This document shows positions 6,332-16,712 of a stretch of 18,038 nt of DNA, piece after piece. Made by a program: the position numbers and the translations under genes. The stretch's first letter is position 1; every line of letters starts with the position of its first letter. The notes below the pieces were generated by a model, which was given only the letters and a program-made list of their open reading frames with translations, made no database searches and was not told where the DNA came from. Source of the DNA: Sulfolobales archaeon. GTDB lineage: Archaea > Thermoproteota > Thermoprotei_A > Sulfolobales > AG1. The stretch spans positions 1 through 18,038 of the forward strand of contig JAWBYA010000013.1 of the NCBI GenBank assembly GCA_038867615.1, in the 5' to 3' direction.

Positions 6332-6710
6332 AACTAAACCCCACAGATCGTCTGCAACTGTTGTAGAGATAATAACAATCAACCCAATAATGCTTGGCCA
6401 CTGCGAACACTGTGAGATCCTCATGAAGGGCTTTGGAGTCGACTATAAACCCCGACAGGTTAGTGAGTACCCGGAGGATTTGCTAGAGCTATCTAAAAAG
6501 CTCACAATATTTATAAACATGATTACACGTAGGGTTTTTGCTAGGGTAGTAATAATAGAAGCACTCACGCTAAGAGGGCTTTTCAAAATGATCATGTATA
6601 GAGGTGGGAGATTACCGATTATTGCTGTTAATGGAAAGAAAATAGCTGTCGGAACTAGGTGGGAGCCAGAAGCTCTAGCTAAAAAGGTTCTCGAGATGAT
6701 TACAAACTAA
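6324..6710 (+). CDS. Thioredoxin-fold-like protein with HCEHC motif
   Basis: CxxC after the first beta strand (VVEIIT...GHCEHCE) and a late Pro-strand motif RLPIIAVNGKK typical of Trx/glutaredoxin folds. GGAGGT RBS upstream and 8-nt overlap with the previous gene. Confidence 0.7.
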   Translation: MFRTKPHRSSATVVEIITINPIMLGHCEHCEILMKGFGVDYKPRQVSEYPEDLLELSKKLTIFINMITRRVFARVVIIEALTLRGLFKMIMYRGGRLPIIAVNGKKIAVGTRWEPEALAKKVLEMITN

Positions 6711-6731
6711 ATAGACGATCTGGGGCTTGTA

Positions 6732-6739
6732 TTTATAAG
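6732..6739 (+). promoter_or_regulatory. Putative TATA box for tfb
   Basis: TTTATAAG upstream of the GGGGTGA RBS at 6781-6787. Confidence 0.5.
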
Positions 6740-6794
6740 CTCTGAAACGCATATTATTTATGCATGCCTAGTTATTAGTGGGGGTGATGGTTTT

Positions 6795-7769
6795 TTGAAC
6801 ATGGTTTCAGGAGTTAACGAGGTTGAGGCAAAGACTGGGAAGGGTAGCGGTAATCAGGATACCAAATGCCCTCCAGATAAGATCGTGATCGACATAGCCA
6901 GAGGAGCATATATATGCGAGGAGACGGGAGAGGTTCTAGAGGAAAGGATCGTCGATCAAGGGCCTGAGTGGAGGGCATTTACGCCTGAGGAGAGGGAGAG
7001 GAGAACAAGATCCGGGTCACCCCTAGCCCCAGCAATGGAGGGTATAGGTTTAGTTACGATAATTGACTACAAGGATAGAGACGCAACCGGCAAGAAACTT
7101 GATCTGAAAAAGAAGATGGAGTACGCAAGGATGAGGAAATGGCAGATAAGAACAAAGGTTCAGAACGCCATAGATAGGAACCTCACACAGGCCAGCTCCG
7201 AGCTCCAGAGACTAGCAAACTCCCTCGGCCTCCCAAAGGAGGTTCAAGAACAGGCTGCAATTATATATAGAAAGGCTGTTGAGACAGGGCTAGTCAGGGG
7301 GAGAGCTATCGAGAGTGTTGTTGCAGCAGCACTCTATGCAGCCTGCAGGATCATGAACGTACCCAGGAGTCTTGATGAGATAGCCCAGTATACGAAGAGC
7401 GGGAGAAAGGAGCTTGCAAGATGCTTCAGACTATTATACAAAGAGCTCGACTGGAAGGATCTCGGGCTCGAGATGCCAAAGCCCGATCCGTTCCACCACG
7501 TTCCAAAGATCATAAGCACCCTCGGCCTTAGCGGAAGCATAGAGGCGACAGCTAAAGAGATACTTAAGAAGATAAGGGATACCGGAATAGGTGCTGGCAA
7601 AGACCCAGCTGGTATAGCGGCTGCTGCTGTCTATATAGCATGCTTACTCAATAACGAGAAAAAGACGCAGAAAGAGATAGCCATGATAGCAGGTGTTACC
7701 GAAGTGACTGTTAGGAATAGGTATAAAGAGATAGTAAAGGCGTTAAAGCTAAACCTGCCTCTAACGTGA
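6795..7769 (+). CDS. tfb: Transcription initiation factor IIB (TFB)
   Basis: N-terminal ribbon CPPDK...[10 protein letters not shown]-reader DQGPEWRAF, and two cyclin repeats ([19 protein letters not shown]; [15 protein letters not shown]; [14 protein letters not shown]). Start TTG6795 or ATG6801. Confidence 0.97.
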   Translation: MNMVSGVNEVEAKTGKGSGNQDTKCPPDKIVIDIARGAYICEETGEVLEERIVDQGPEWRAFTPEERERRTRSGSPLAPAMEGIGLVTIIDYKDRDATGKKLDLKKKMEYARMRKWQIRTKVQNAIDRNLTQASSELQRLANSLGLPKEVQEQAAIIYRKAVETGLVRGRAIESVVAAALYAACRIMNVPRSLDEIAQYTKSGRKELARCFRLLYKELDWKDLGLEMPKPDPFHHVPKIISTLGLSGSIEATAKEILKKIRDTGIGAGKDPAGIAAAAVYIACLLNNEKKTQKEIAMIAGVTEVTVRNRYKEIVKALKLNLPLT

Positions 7770-7788
7770 CGCTATAACTATATAGGGC

Positions 7789-7793
7789 TTTTT
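7789..7793 (+). terminator. Putative oligo-T terminator after tfb
   Basis: T5 run about 20 nt after the stop; a second T5 at 7825-7829. Confidence 0.35.
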
Positions 7794-7833
7794 AACAAGC
7801 AACGCTTCGATAACAATCAGAGAATTTTTCAAC

Positions 7834-7869
7834 TAAGGTAGCGATTGCTATCAGTAACAACCTACCTTA
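7834..7869. repeat. Inverted repeat upstream of the aromatic operon promoter
   Basis: TAAGGTAG (7834-7841), 20-nt spacer, CTACCTTA (7862-7869); perfect 8-bp arms. Confidence 0.55.
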
Positions 7870-7909
7870 AACCAAAGCCTATCACACCTGCCCACACGAA
7901 TAGTAATGC

Positions 7910-7916
7910 TTATATA
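7910..7916 (+). promoter_or_regulatory. Putative TATA box for the aromatic operon
   Basis: TTATATA about 30 nt upstream of the GGTGGGG RBS at 7946-7952. Confidence 0.55.
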
Positions 7917-7954
7917 CCCTTTTTGAATTTACTCAAGGCGAGGTTGGTGGGGCG

Positions 7955-7993
7955 ATGGAATTCCAATACCAATGGGTAATGGCAAAAGCATAG
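7955..7993 (+). CDS. Candidate leader peptide/u[15 protein letters not shown] (or frameshifted N-terminus of transketolase)
   Basis: ATG GAA TTC CAA TAC CAA TGG GTA ATG GCA AAA GCA TAG. Preceded by GGTGG at RBS spacing, out of frame with and overlapping ATG7972. Confidence 0.45.
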   Translation: MEFQYQWVMAKA

Positions 7994-8766
7994 AAGATCT
8001 CGAACTCCTAGCTATTAGAATAAGGAAGCATATACTAAGAATGTATCTCAACGACCAATCACTCCACCTCGGCTCATCGCTAAGCTCGGTAGAGATACTA
8101 ACAACAGTTGTGTTTAAATACCTAAGAAGAACCGGAGATCCCATTAACAGGGATTGGCTCATACTAAGCAAGGGGCATGCAGCACCAGCCCTCTACGCAG
8201 CACTTGCAGAAGCAGGACTCATACCTCTTGAAGAGCTTGAAAAGATACACAGCATAAATAGCATTCTACAGGGGCACCCGGAGATCTCTATACCGGGTGT
8301 CGATATGTCTACAGGAAGCCTTGGACAAGGGCTAAGTTTTGGCGTGGGTGTCGCTACAGCTATAAAGATCCACGGAGGGTCTGGGAGAGTCTATGTGATC
8401 ATGGGAGATGGTGAACAGGACGAGGGCGAGGTATGGGAGGCAATGACACATGCAGCAGCTAGAAAGCTAGATAACCTTGTAGTAGTGGTTGATAACAACG
8501 GCTTCCAACTCGACGGATTTATAGATGATATCAAGCCAAAGCACTATCTACCCCATGTATGGAGAGCTGTTGGCTGGAAGGTTCATATATGTGATGGTCA
8601 CAGCATAGCAAGCATAGATAGATCTATAAGCGATGCTATAAATAGCAAGGCACCAACAATAATATTCGCAAAAACAGTCAGAGGAAAAGGAGTCGTCGAG
8701 ATAGAGAACACAAAGAGCCAGAAACCAGGTGTTGAGGTTGTTAAGAGAGCTCTCATCAATGCGTGA
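7972..8766 (+). CDS. tkt: Transketolase, N-terminal (TPP-binding) subunit
   Basis: [36 protein letters not shown] and the TPP motif MGDGEQDEG...VDNN. Confidence 0.95.
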   Translation: MGNGKSIEDLELLAIRIRKHILRMYLNDQSLHLGSSLSSVEILTTVVFKYLRRTGDPINRDWLILSKGHAAPALYAALAEAGLIPLEELEKIHSINSILQGHPEISIPGVDMSTGSLGQGLSFGVGVATAIKIHGGSGRVYVIMGDGEQDEGEVWEAMTHAAARKLDNLVVVVDNNGFQLDGFIDDIKPKHYLPHVWRAVGWKVHICDGHSIASIDRSISDAINSKAPTIIFAKTVRGKGVVEIENTKSQKPGVEVVKRALINA

Positions 8767-9700
8767 GACCTTCGGAAAACTCCTCGTATCGCTGGGAGAG
8801 ATCCACAGGGATCTTGTCGTGATCACAGCAGATGTCGGAGACTCAACAAGAGCATCCTACTTCAGAGACCGCTTCCCAGCAAGGTTCTTCAACATAGGAA
8901 TCTCGGAACAACATATGGTGAACTTCGCAGCAGGGCTAGCAGCGACCGGCATGAGACCCCTTGTAACATGCTTCGCAATGTTCCTCATGAGAGCCTGGGA
9001 ACAGATAAGAAACACAACAGCTAGGATGAACCTAAATGTGAAGTTCATAGCAACACATGCCGGGCTGAGTGATAGTATTGATGGCTCAAGCCACCAAGCA
9101 CTAGAAGATATAGCGTTGATGAGGGTGATCCCGAACATGAAGGTGGTTGTCCCAGCAGACTCCTCAGAGATCATGAGAAGCCTTCCAAGGATAATCGCTG
9201 AGGAGAGAGGACCTGTGTATTATAGAATAGGTAGGGACTACTCACCCCCAATAACAATTGATATAAGCGATGAGTTCAGGCTTGGTAGAGCAACAGTTCT
9301 AAGGGATGGAGAAGATGTAACCATAATAGGCGCCGGACCCGTTCTCTGGAACGCGTTAGAAGCGTCAAAAGAGCTCAGCAGAATAGGTATAAGAGCCGCT
9401 GTTATAGACATGGCTAGTATAAAACCAATAGATGAGGATGTAATAGAGAAATATGCAAGAAAAACAGGAGCTATAGTAACGGTTGAGGAGCATAGCATAC
9501 ACGGGGGATTGGGATCTGCTGTAGCAGAGGTTGTGGTGAAGAGATACCCCGTTCCAATGAAGATCCTTGGAACAATAACCTTTGGAAGAACAGCAAAATC
9601 CCAGGAAGAGTTGATAGAGCACTTCGGGCTTGGGAAAAATTCCATCATAAAGGCCGTGGCGGAGGTTATGGGGAGTGGTAGGAGATCTAGAGTCTCTTAG
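8759..9700 (+). CDS. tkt: Transketolase, C-terminal subunit
   Basis: MRETFG start (ATGCGTGA overlap with the upstream gene), [45 protein letters not shown]. Confidence 0.95.
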   Translation: MRETFGKLLVSLGEIHRDLVVITADVGDSTRASYFRDRFPARFFNIGISEQHMVNFAAGLAATGMRPLVTCFAMFLMRAWEQIRNTTARMNLNVKFIATHAGLSDSIDGSSHQALEDIALMRVIPNMKVVVPADSSEIMRSLPRIIAEERGPVYYRIGRDYSPPITIDISDEFRLGRATVLRDGEDVTIIGAGPVLWNALEASKELSRIGIRAAVIDMASIKPIDEDVIEKYARKTGAIVTVEEHSIHGGLGSAVAEVVVKRYPVPMKILGTITFGRTAKSQEELIEHFGLGKNSIIKAVAEVMGSGRRSRVS

Positions 9701-10715
9701 GGCTGAGATAGATAGAGTTGATGAAGCATTGATCGAGATGATCTCGAGAAGGATAGAGATATCGAGAAAAATAGGATATATAAAGAGAGCAATGGGGCTC
9801 CCCACACGAGACCCTGGCAGAGAGCAGGAGGTGGTGAAAAAATGGATCGCCCTTTCGAAAGAAAAAGGACTGCCAGAGGATCTTGCCCAGAATATTGTAA
9901 AGCTACTTATACAGTACTCAATAGCAGCCCAATCGACCAACAGGGCTAGCGGCTTGAGGGTGGCTATAATAGGCTATGGAGGTATGGCTAGAACCTTGGG
10001 GAAGATCATATCCAGAGCTGGATATAGAGTCAGCATAAGCGGAAGGGATCTCGAGAAAGCAGGGAACCTTGCAAAAGAGCTTAACTGCAGCTATGGCGAG
10101 CCAGACGATGTGATCACGGAGAGTGATTACGTGCTATTAACCCTCTCCAGAGAGGCCTTTGCAAAAGGATATTTCGATGTAATTGCAGCATTCATGAAAG
10201 GTAAAGTTGTTATGGATATACTCTCAGCAAAGAGAGAGATCTATCACTTGATAGAACGTGGATCTATGAGGTATGGGTTTAAATATATATCAACACACCC
10301 ATTATTCGGCCCTCTATCCATACCATACGGAGAAACCATAGTGATCATACCATCTTCAACAGGGCTCGACGTTGTTAACGAGGTAGCCTCATTCTGGTCA
10401 TCGGTAGGACTCATACCCATCATAACAAGTTATGAAGAGCATGAGAAAGCGATGGCCATAGTCCAGGTCCTCCCACACATATATATGCTAGCCCTCTCAG
10501 AAGCTGTAGAGAGACTCTCCAAAGACTTCGGCATAGATTACAGGGTATATATGACCTATAACTTCAAAAAGATACAGGACGCCATAGATCGTGTTAAAAG
10601 CAACATGAAAGCCGTACTTGAGATCCAGGAGCATAACGCACACGCTCCTGAAGCTAGAAAGATAGGGCTCGATGCTCTTTTTTCCACAGTTAAAAAGTTT
10701 GGTGGTGATAGATGA
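9675..10715 (+). CDS. tyrA: Bifunctional chorismate mutase (AroQ)/prephenate dehydrogenase
   Basis: N-terminal [19 protein letters not shown]...K...RDPGRE AroQ domain, then Rossmann [31 protein letters not shown]. Confidence 0.92.
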   Translation: MVGDLESLRAEIDRVDEALIEMISRRIEISRKIGYIKRAMGLPTRDPGREQEVVKKWIALSKEKGLPEDLAQNIVKLLIQYSIAAQSTNRASGLRVAIIGYGGMARTLGKIISRAGYRVSISGRDLEKAGNLAKELNCSYGEPDDVITESDYVLLTLSREAFAKGYFDVIAAFMKGKVVMDILSAKREIYHLIERGSMRYGFKYISTHPLFGPLSIPYGETIVIIPSSTGLDVVNEVASFWSSVGLIPIITSYEEHEKAMAIVQVLPHIYMLALSEAVERLSKDFGIDYRVYMTYNFKKIQDAIDRVKSNMKAVLEIQEHNAHAPEARKIGLDALFSTVKKFGGDR

Positions 10716-11707
10716 TCCTATATGTGATTAAGAAAGGATCAAGTATTGATAACCTAGTAGATAAGCTAAGTAGCATGGGAGCATCCCTCAGAATAGTAGA
10801 GCTATATGGCAGAAAACTGGTTCTAGCATGGCCTGATAACATAGCAGAAGGCTTAACAGATCCTAGTATCGAGGCAACGATAAAAACCAAAAAGCCTTAT
10901 CCCCTAGCAAGCAGAGAGTGGAAGAAAGAAGATACAATAGTAAACGTAAATGGAGTCGAGATAGGGGGTAAGAGGATAGTAATTGCAGCCGGGCCATGCT
11001 CTGTTGAGGATGAGGAGCAGATGATCTCGATCTCTCGAACACTTAAGAGTCTAGGGGTCTCGATGATAAGGGGCGGTGCCTTCAAGCCCCGAACCAGCCC
11101 CTACTCATTCCAGGGTCTTGGCGAGAAGGGATTAAAGATCCTGAGGAGGGTGTCTGAGGAAACCGGTTTACCGGTGGTTAGCGAGATAATGGATCCCAGA
11201 GATGCAGCTCTATTTAAGGAATATGTGGATATGGTTCAAATAGGTGCTAGGAACTCCCAGAACTTCTCATTATTAAAAGAAGTTGGGAGAATAGGAAAAC
11301 CCGTTCTGCTCAAGAGAGGCTTCGGAAACACTGTTGATGAGTGGCTCAGCAGTGCTGAATACATATTGCTAGAGGGTAATGGCTCCGTCGTTATATGTGA
11401 GAGAGGTATAAGAAGCTTTGAAACAGGGACAAGATTCACACTAGATGTGGGAGGCATAGCGCTTGCGAAGAGACTAACACACCTCCCAGTATGCGCGGAT
11501 CCAAGCCATCCAGCAGGTAAAAGAGATCTGGTTGCACCCCTAGCCTTAGCAGCTATAGCTTCTGGGGCTGATATGCTTCTGATAGAGGTGCACCACAGCC
11601 CGGAGAGGGCTCTGAGCGATTCCGAGCAACAGTTAGATATAGCTGGTTTCGCCTCTCTTATGGAGAGGCTAAGATCCGTTGCAAGGATCCTTGGGAGAGA
11701 TCTATGA
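10712..11707 (+). CDS. aroF: DAHP synthase, type I-beta, with N-terminal regulatory-type extension
   Basis: IAAGPCSVE, RGGAFKPRTSPYSFQGLG, QIGARN, LLKRG, CERGIR, ADPSH, ALSDSEQQL. Confidence 0.96.
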   Translation: MILYVIKKGSSIDNLVDKLSSMGASLRIVELYGRKLVLAWPDNIAEGLTDPSIEATIKTKKPYPLASREWKKEDTIVNVNGVEIGGKRIVIAAGPCSVEDEEQMISISRTLKSLGVSMIRGGAFKPRTSPYSFQGLGEKGLKILRRVSEETGLPVVSEIMDPRDAALFKEYVDMVQIGARNSQNFSLLKEVGRIGKPVLLKRGFGNTVDEWLSSAEYILLEGNGSVVICERGIRSFETGTRFTLDVGGIALAKRLTHLPVCADPSHPAGKRDLVAPLALAAIASGADMLLIEVHHSPERALSDSEQQLDIAGFASLMERLRSVARILGRDL

Positions 11708-12762
11708 GGAGATATGTATCAAACCTATGCAGCGCAAAAAGCGTAGTAGTTGTTGGCAGCAACTCTCTAGATGTTCTGAGCGAGATTGAGGGAGAGGTCT
11801 CTGTAATACATAGCTCGAGGATAGATCCCGAGCCTGTTGTTAAGAGGCTTAGGAGGGTATCAAGCATAATAGCTATAGATGATGGTGAGAAGGCGAAAGA
11901 CATATCGGTGGTTCTCGATACTGTGAGAAAGATCCATACGGGATCATCACCAGATCTGGAGTGGATAGCAGCACTCGGAGGCGGAACTATAATGGATGTA
12001 GCAGGTTTCGCTGCATCTATATATAAGAGAGGGATCAAGCTGATCAACATACCAACAACGCTACTCGCAATGGTGGATGCCGCAATGGGTGGTAAGAATG
12101 GTGTTAACATGGATGGTGTTAAGAACATGCTTGGAACATTCTACCAACCAGCCCTAGTAATATCGGATATCTCGTTCCTCAAAAGCCTTTCCAGAGATGA
12201 TCTCGCCAACGGCATGGCAGAGGTTATAAAATACTGCATAACCCTCGATAGGGAGTTATGCGGGCTCCTAGAGGCTAGATATAGAGATATATATAATAAG
12301 GATCCTGGGGCTTTTGAGGAGATAATATTTAGATCCGCCGTTAATAAGATGAGGATCGTTGAGGCTGATGAGAGAGACAACATGGGCATAAGGATCGTGC
12401 TTAACTATGGGCACACAATAGGACATGCCATAGAGGCTAGCAGCGGTTTTAAGATAAGTCATGGGAAAGCTGTGTCGATAGGCATGGTCTGTGAGGCAGC
12501 ACTAGCAGAAGAGCTCGGAGTCGCGGGAAAAGATGTGGTTAGATATCTTGAGGAATTGCTCTCTCTCTATAGCCTCCCAAGATCTTCTAGAGAGCTTGGA
12601 GTCGAAATAGATCTAGACATGGCGATTAAGGCATTGAATATGGATAAGAAGAGAAGAAGAGGAAAGATCCTGATGCCCCTGCCAAGGAAAATAGGTGAGT
12701 GGGAAAGGGTAGAGCTTGACATAGAGATCCTTGAGGGGTTATTGAGAAAATGCCTAGAATAG
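11704..12762 (+). CDS. aroB: 3-dehydroquinate synthase
   Basis: DGEKAKD, ALGGGTIMDVAGFAAS, PTTLLAMVDAAMGGKNG, KNMLGTFYQP, LNYGHTIGHAIE, DKK. Confidence 0.96.
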   Translation: MRRYVSNLCSAKSVVVVGSNSLDVLSEIEGEVSVIHSSRIDPEPVVKRLRRVSSIIAIDDGEKAKDISVVLDTVRKIHTGSSPDLEWIAALGGGTIMDVAGFAASIYKRGIKLINIPTTLLAMVDAAMGGKNGVNMDGVKNMLGTFYQPALVISDISFLKSLSRDDLANGMAEVIKYCITLDRELCGLLEARYRDIYNKDPGAFEEIIFRSAVNKMRIVEADERDNMGIRIVLNYGHTIGHAIEASSGFKISHGKAVSIGMVCEAALAEELGVAGKDVVRYLEELLSLYSLPRSSRELGVEIDLDMAIKALNMDKKRRRGKILMPLPRKIGEWERVELDIEILEGLLRKCLE

Positions 12763-13556
12763 ATAGTACAACAAGGCTCAGCGGACTTATAGGCAGGGGG
12801 ATAAGGTATACACTATCCCCAGCAATACATAACTATGTATTCGATCTAACGGGGTTTAATGCGGTATATCTAGCCTTCGACCTATCTGAAGATATATTTG
12901 ATAATGCTGCAGCCGGGCTTGTGGAGATCGCCCTTGGCCTTAACGTAACAATACCATATAAAGAGAAGATCCTGAGATATATAGAGAGATCCGACTCCAT
13001 AGCATCCAAGATAGGCGCTGTTAACACTATATATAACAAGGTTGGCTATAACACCGATTACCTAGCAATCAAACAACTAGTTGAGGAGAAGATCGGCAGG
13101 CTTAGCGGTGCTAAATGCCTAGTCTTCGGAGCCGGGGGTGCTGCTAAAGCAGCCTCATACGCACTCGGAGATCTAGGGTGCGAGATATATATTATCAACA
13201 GAACCAGAACCAGAGCCGAAGAGCTCGCCCAGAGAATGAAAAGCCACGGCTACCAAGCTGAAGTGATCCAGGAATGCAGCAATATTAAACAAGAGATCAT
13301 AGTTAATGCAACCCCGGAACCATCATCGATACCAAGAAGCTGTATAGAAGGTATAGCAGCAATAGATCTCGTATATAGACCTGTAAAAACATATCTAATA
13401 GATGCTGCAGAGAAGAGAAACATGACCACGATAGACGGTCTTCAAATACTAGTAAGGGGAGCCCTCCACTCCCAAAGCATATGGCAACAGAGAGACCTAA
13501 CACACCTAGAGGATAAGGTGGTGGATTACCTATATGCCGGGAAATACGTTTGGTAG
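12750..13556 (+). CDS. aroE: Shikimate dehydrogenase
   Basis: [43 protein letters not shown]. Confidence 0.95.
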   Translation: MPRIDSTTRLSGLIGRGIRYTLSPAIHNYVFDLTGFNAVYLAFDLSEDIFDNAAAGLVEIALGLNVTIPYKEKILRYIERSDSIASKIGAVNTIYNKVGYNTDYLAIKQLVEEKIGRLSGAKCLVFGAGGAAKAASYALGDLGCEIYIINRTRTRAEELAQRMKSHGYQAEVIQECSNIKQEIIVNATPEPSSIPRSCIEGIAAIDLVYRPVKTYLIDAAEKRNMTTIDGLQILVRGALHSQSIWQQRDLTHLEDKVVDYLYAGKYVW

Positions 13557-14706
13557 GGCTCTGAGGATAACCACCTTCGGAGAAAGCCACGGACCCGCGG
13601 TAGGGGTTGTAATCGATGGTGTCCCAGCCGGCCTCCCACTTAGCGAGAGTGATATAGAGTTCGAGTTATCATTCAGAAGGCCCGGAAGGATCTATGTTTC
13701 TGGGAGGAGAGAAGAGGATAAACCAGAGATCCTCTCAGGAGTATTTAACGGAAGAACAACAGGCGCACCAATAGCTGTAGTTGTGAGAAACATAGACGTT
13801 ATATCCAAACCATATGACGAGATCAGATATAAACCCAGACCAGGGCATGCGGATCTCCCATACATAATTAGATATGGGTATGAAAACTGGGATCATAGAG
13901 GAGGCGGGAGGGCTAGCGCTAGGGAAACCGTGGCTAGAGTAATAGGTGGGGCTATCGCCAAAAAGCTGTTAATGACCACAGATACATGGGTGGCGGGACA
14001 TCTAAAAAGCCTCGGCCCGCTTGAGTTAAACACAGAGCCAAGTTTTGAAGAGATACTGTGTTCTAGAAACAGCCCCGTGAGAGCATGTAGGAAGGATTTG
14101 GAAGAGGCATACCAAGATCTTATAATGAGGGCTGTGAAGGAGGGAGATAGCTACGGAGGGGTTGCTGAGATTATCGTGAGAAACCCCCCAGCAGGGCTTG
14201 GCGAACCTGTCTTCGATAAGATCAAAGCAGATCTGGCTAAGGCTATCCTCTCAATACCAGCCGTAGTTGGTTTCGAGTACGGGCTCGGCTTTAAAGCAGC
14301 TAGGATGAAGGGTAGTGAGGCTAACGATGAGATCATTGTTAAGGATGGAAAGCCTAGGTGGAGATATAACTATAGCGGCGGGATCCTCGGCGGGATAACG
14401 ACTGGTGAGGATATAGTTATTAGATGCGCCTTTAAACCAACCAGCTCTATCAGAAAGCCTCAGAGAACGATAGACCTGAGAACCATGGAAGAGACAACAA
14501 TATCTGTCACCGGCAGGCATGACCCTGCAGTAGCTATAAGAGGGGTTTCGGTTGTTGAGGCTATGGTTGCTCTTGTAATAGCTGATCACATGATAAGATC
14601 CGGGGTTATAAATCCCGTCAGACTCTCCAAAGAAGACATCGATAGGATAGAGAGTAATTGGAGGAGGTATATAGAGGCATGTGGGCATATGCAGGGGTCT
14701 CAGTAG
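13534..14706 (+). CDS. aroC: Chorismate synthase
   Basis: [55 protein letters not shown]. Confidence 0.97.
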   Translation: MPGNTFGRALRITTFGESHGPAVGVVIDGVPAGLPLSESDIEFELSFRRPGRIYVSGRREEDKPEILSGVFNGRTTGAPIAVVVRNIDVISKPYDEIRYKPRPGHADLPYIIRYGYENWDHRGGGRASARETVARVIGGAIAKKLLMTTDTWVAGHLKSLGPLELNTEPSFEEILCSRNSPVRACRKDLEEAYQDLIMRAVKEGDSYGGVAEIIVRNPPAGLGEPVFDKIKADLAKAILSIPAVVGFEYGLGFKAARMKGSEANDEIIVKDGKPRWRYNYSGGILGGITTGEDIVIRCAFKPTSSIRKPQRTIDLRTMEETTISVTGRHDPAVAIRGVSVVEAMVALVIADHMIRSGVINPVRLSKEDIDRIESNWRRYIEACGHMQGSQ

Positions 14707-15458
14707 TAAACGCGATCCCCGCGTGGCTCGGATCCACCATGGCTGTGAATCTGAGGATCGAGGTTTCGTTAGAAGAAGGCTCTGAGTATCATGAGGGATT
14801 AATAGGCACTATTATTGAGCATTTCAGACAAAGCATAGGAATACCTGGACTGAGAGTTTCGGTCAGATCCCCGATACCAGCTGGAAGCGGGCTTAAGAGC
14901 AGTAGTGCTGTTGCAGTAGCCCTCATAGAGGCTATAAAGAATAGATATGGCTTGAGCCACATAGACACACCAAAGCTGGCGTCAGAGCTATCAATAAAGG
15001 CTGGTGTCTCTATAACAGGCGCTTATGATGACTCAACAGCCTCATACCATGGAGGGGTATCATTCACCAATAATAAAGAAAATAAACTGCTAGATCTCCG
15101 AGAACCCCCTAAAGACCTATCGGTGATCATACTGGCTAGGGGGGGAAGAGCCAGAATAGATCCTAGTGCTTTGAGGAGGTTTGAAGACCTCTTCAGAGAG
15201 ATCTTCAATATAGCTATGAGGGGAGATATATTAACAGCAATGAGGCTTAACGGAATAGCTGTAGCCGAGATACTGGGCTATGAGACCGAGCCCATCAGAG
15301 AAGCCCTGAGACTAGGAGCCCTAGCAGCCGGGGTTAGCGGGAACGGGCCCTCGATCTTCGCGATCACCAAGAAAGGGGAAGAAGGACCTGTTATAGATCT
15401 ATTTAGCAGGTTTGGCAGGGTTTTGGTAACAGAGCCTGCTAGTATAACGAGGTCATAG
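14679..15458 (+). CDS. aroK: Archaeal (GHMP-family) shikimate kinase
   Basis: [12 protein letters not shown] motif [38 protein letters not shown] upstream favours ATG14679; the ORF track starts at TTG14658. Confidence 0.94.
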   Translation: MWAYAGVSVVNAIPAWLGSTMAVNLRIEVSLEEGSEYHEGLIGTIIEHFRQSIGIPGLRVSVRSPIPAGSGLKSSSAVAVALIEAIKNRYGLSHIDTPKLASELSIKAGVSITGAYDDSTASYHGGVSFTNNKENKLLDLREPPKDLSVIILARGGRARIDPSALRRFEDLFREIFNIAMRGDILTAMRLNGIAVAEILGYETEPIREALRLGALAAGVSGNGPSIFAITKKGEEGPVIDLFSRFGRVLVTEPASITRS

Positions 15459-15461
15459 GAT

Positions 15462-16712
15462 ATGAAGGTTCGTATAGAGAGATCAATTATCACTGGAGCA
15501 GTCAGAGCACCAAGATCTAAAAGCCATGCCATAAGACTTATATTCGCATCCCTACTATCCCCAGTAGAGATAATAGATCTTCCTCGCTCTGATGATGTAG
15601 ATGCAGCTGTAAGAGCCGTCAAGACCCTCGGAGTCAATGTAGATAACAATATCTATAGGCTAGAGGGAAAGGCATCGATAAAGAATGAAAATATATACCT
15701 GGGAGGCTCTGCAACAAGCCTGAGGATCTTGATCCCGGTGATAGCGGTGATAGGAGGTAAGGTGAACATAGATGGTGATCATAGCCTTAGGAGAAGGCCT
15801 CTCAACGCGATCGCACAGGCTCTGAGTGGTAGAGGCGTCAAGATATCATCAAACCACCTTCCAGTAACTGTGGAGGGGAGATTAGATGATACATGGGTAA
15901 GGATAGCTGGGTGGGAGAGTAGTCAATACATATCAGGCTTCATGATAGCCTTCTGCCTCTCAGGCAGTGGTAAGATATACATAGAACCCCCTATAGTGTC
16001 GAGAAGCTATATATACCTCACAAGAGAGGTGCTCATGGATTTTGGATGCTATTCAGAGATCTCGGGCAGTATCATTGAGGTTGAGAGGAGAGAGAAACCC
16101 AGGTTTGTAAGGGCAAAGGTCGAGGGCGACTACGCACTAGCATCTTTCTATGCCGCCTCAGCCCTAACCACTGGGGGTCAGCTTGAGATCCTGGATCTCC
16201 CTGAGCCAAAGCAATATATAGGGGATCACTTGATAGTTGAGATATATAGGAACATGGGTGCCGAGAGTATCTATGTAGATAAAACATGGATAGTCTCAGC
16301 CAGCAGCCTATACAGAGCTGTCGATGTTGATATAGAGGATATACCAGATCTAGGCTTATCCATAGCACCGCTAGCTGCGATATCAAATGGAGTGACAAGA
16401 ATCAAAGGAGCCGGTAGGCTTAAGATCAAGGAGAGCGATAGAATAGCATCTATAATAAACGTTCTAGACAGCTTTGGTGTCAGAGCATGGACTAACAATG
16501 ATAGCGAGATCTTTATCGAGGGAAGGTCTAACGATAATGCCAAACCTGCAGAGATAAACTGTATGAATGATCATAGGGTTGCTATGATGGCTGCACCGCT
16601 AGCCCTAAGGGCCGGCGGGGTTATATATGGGGCGGAATGTGTTAATAAGAGTAACCCGAGATTCTGGGAGGATCTGGTGAGCATCGGTGGCAGGGTTAGG
16701 ATTGAGGAATAG
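15462..16712 (+). CDS. aroA: 3-phosphoshikimate 1-carboxyvinyltransferase (EPSP synthase)
   Basis: PRSKSHAIR, GSATSLR, SLRRRP, ESSQYISG, VEGDY, IPDL, LKIKESDRI, NDHRVAM, CVNKSNPRFW. Confidence 0.96.
   Translation: MKVRIERSIITGAVRAPRSKSHAIRLIFASLLSPVEIIDLPRSDDVDAAVRAVKTLGVNVDNNIYRLEGKASIKNENIYLGGSATSLRILIPVIAVIGGKVNIDGDHSLRRRPLNAIAQALSGRGVKISSNHLPVTVEGRLDDTWVRIAGWESSQYISGFMIAFCLSGSGKIYIEPPIVSRSYIYLTREVLMDFGCYSEISGSIIEVERREKPRFVRAKVEGDYALASFYAASALTTGGQLEILDLPEPKQYIGDHLIVEIYRNMGAESIYVDKTWIVSASSLYRAVDVDIEDIPDLGLSIAPLAAISNGVTRIKGAGRLKIKESDRIASIINVLDSFGVRAWTNNDSEIFIEGRSNDNAKPAEINCMNDHRVAMMAAPLALRAGGVIYGAECVNKSNPRFWEDLVSIGGRVRIEE

Noticed and set aside
6787-6798. Mini-ORF ATG GTT TTT TGA and T6 run at the tfb start as a frameshift site
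   Set aside because: TTG6795 has a well-spaced GGTGA RBS and ATG6801 is in frame, so no frameshift is needed.
6867-6930. TFB zinc ribbon with only two Cys as a novelty
   Set aside because: The CPPD...CxET pattern is a known feature of crenarchaeal TFB1.
523-16543. Minus-strand and alternate-frame ORFs in the track (e.g. 523-819, 650-922, 1781-2101, 2702-3091, 4561-5022, 9365-9940, 11658-12128, 14251-14688)
   Set aside because: They overlap well-supported genes, show no recognisable motifs and look like antisense or off-frame shadows.
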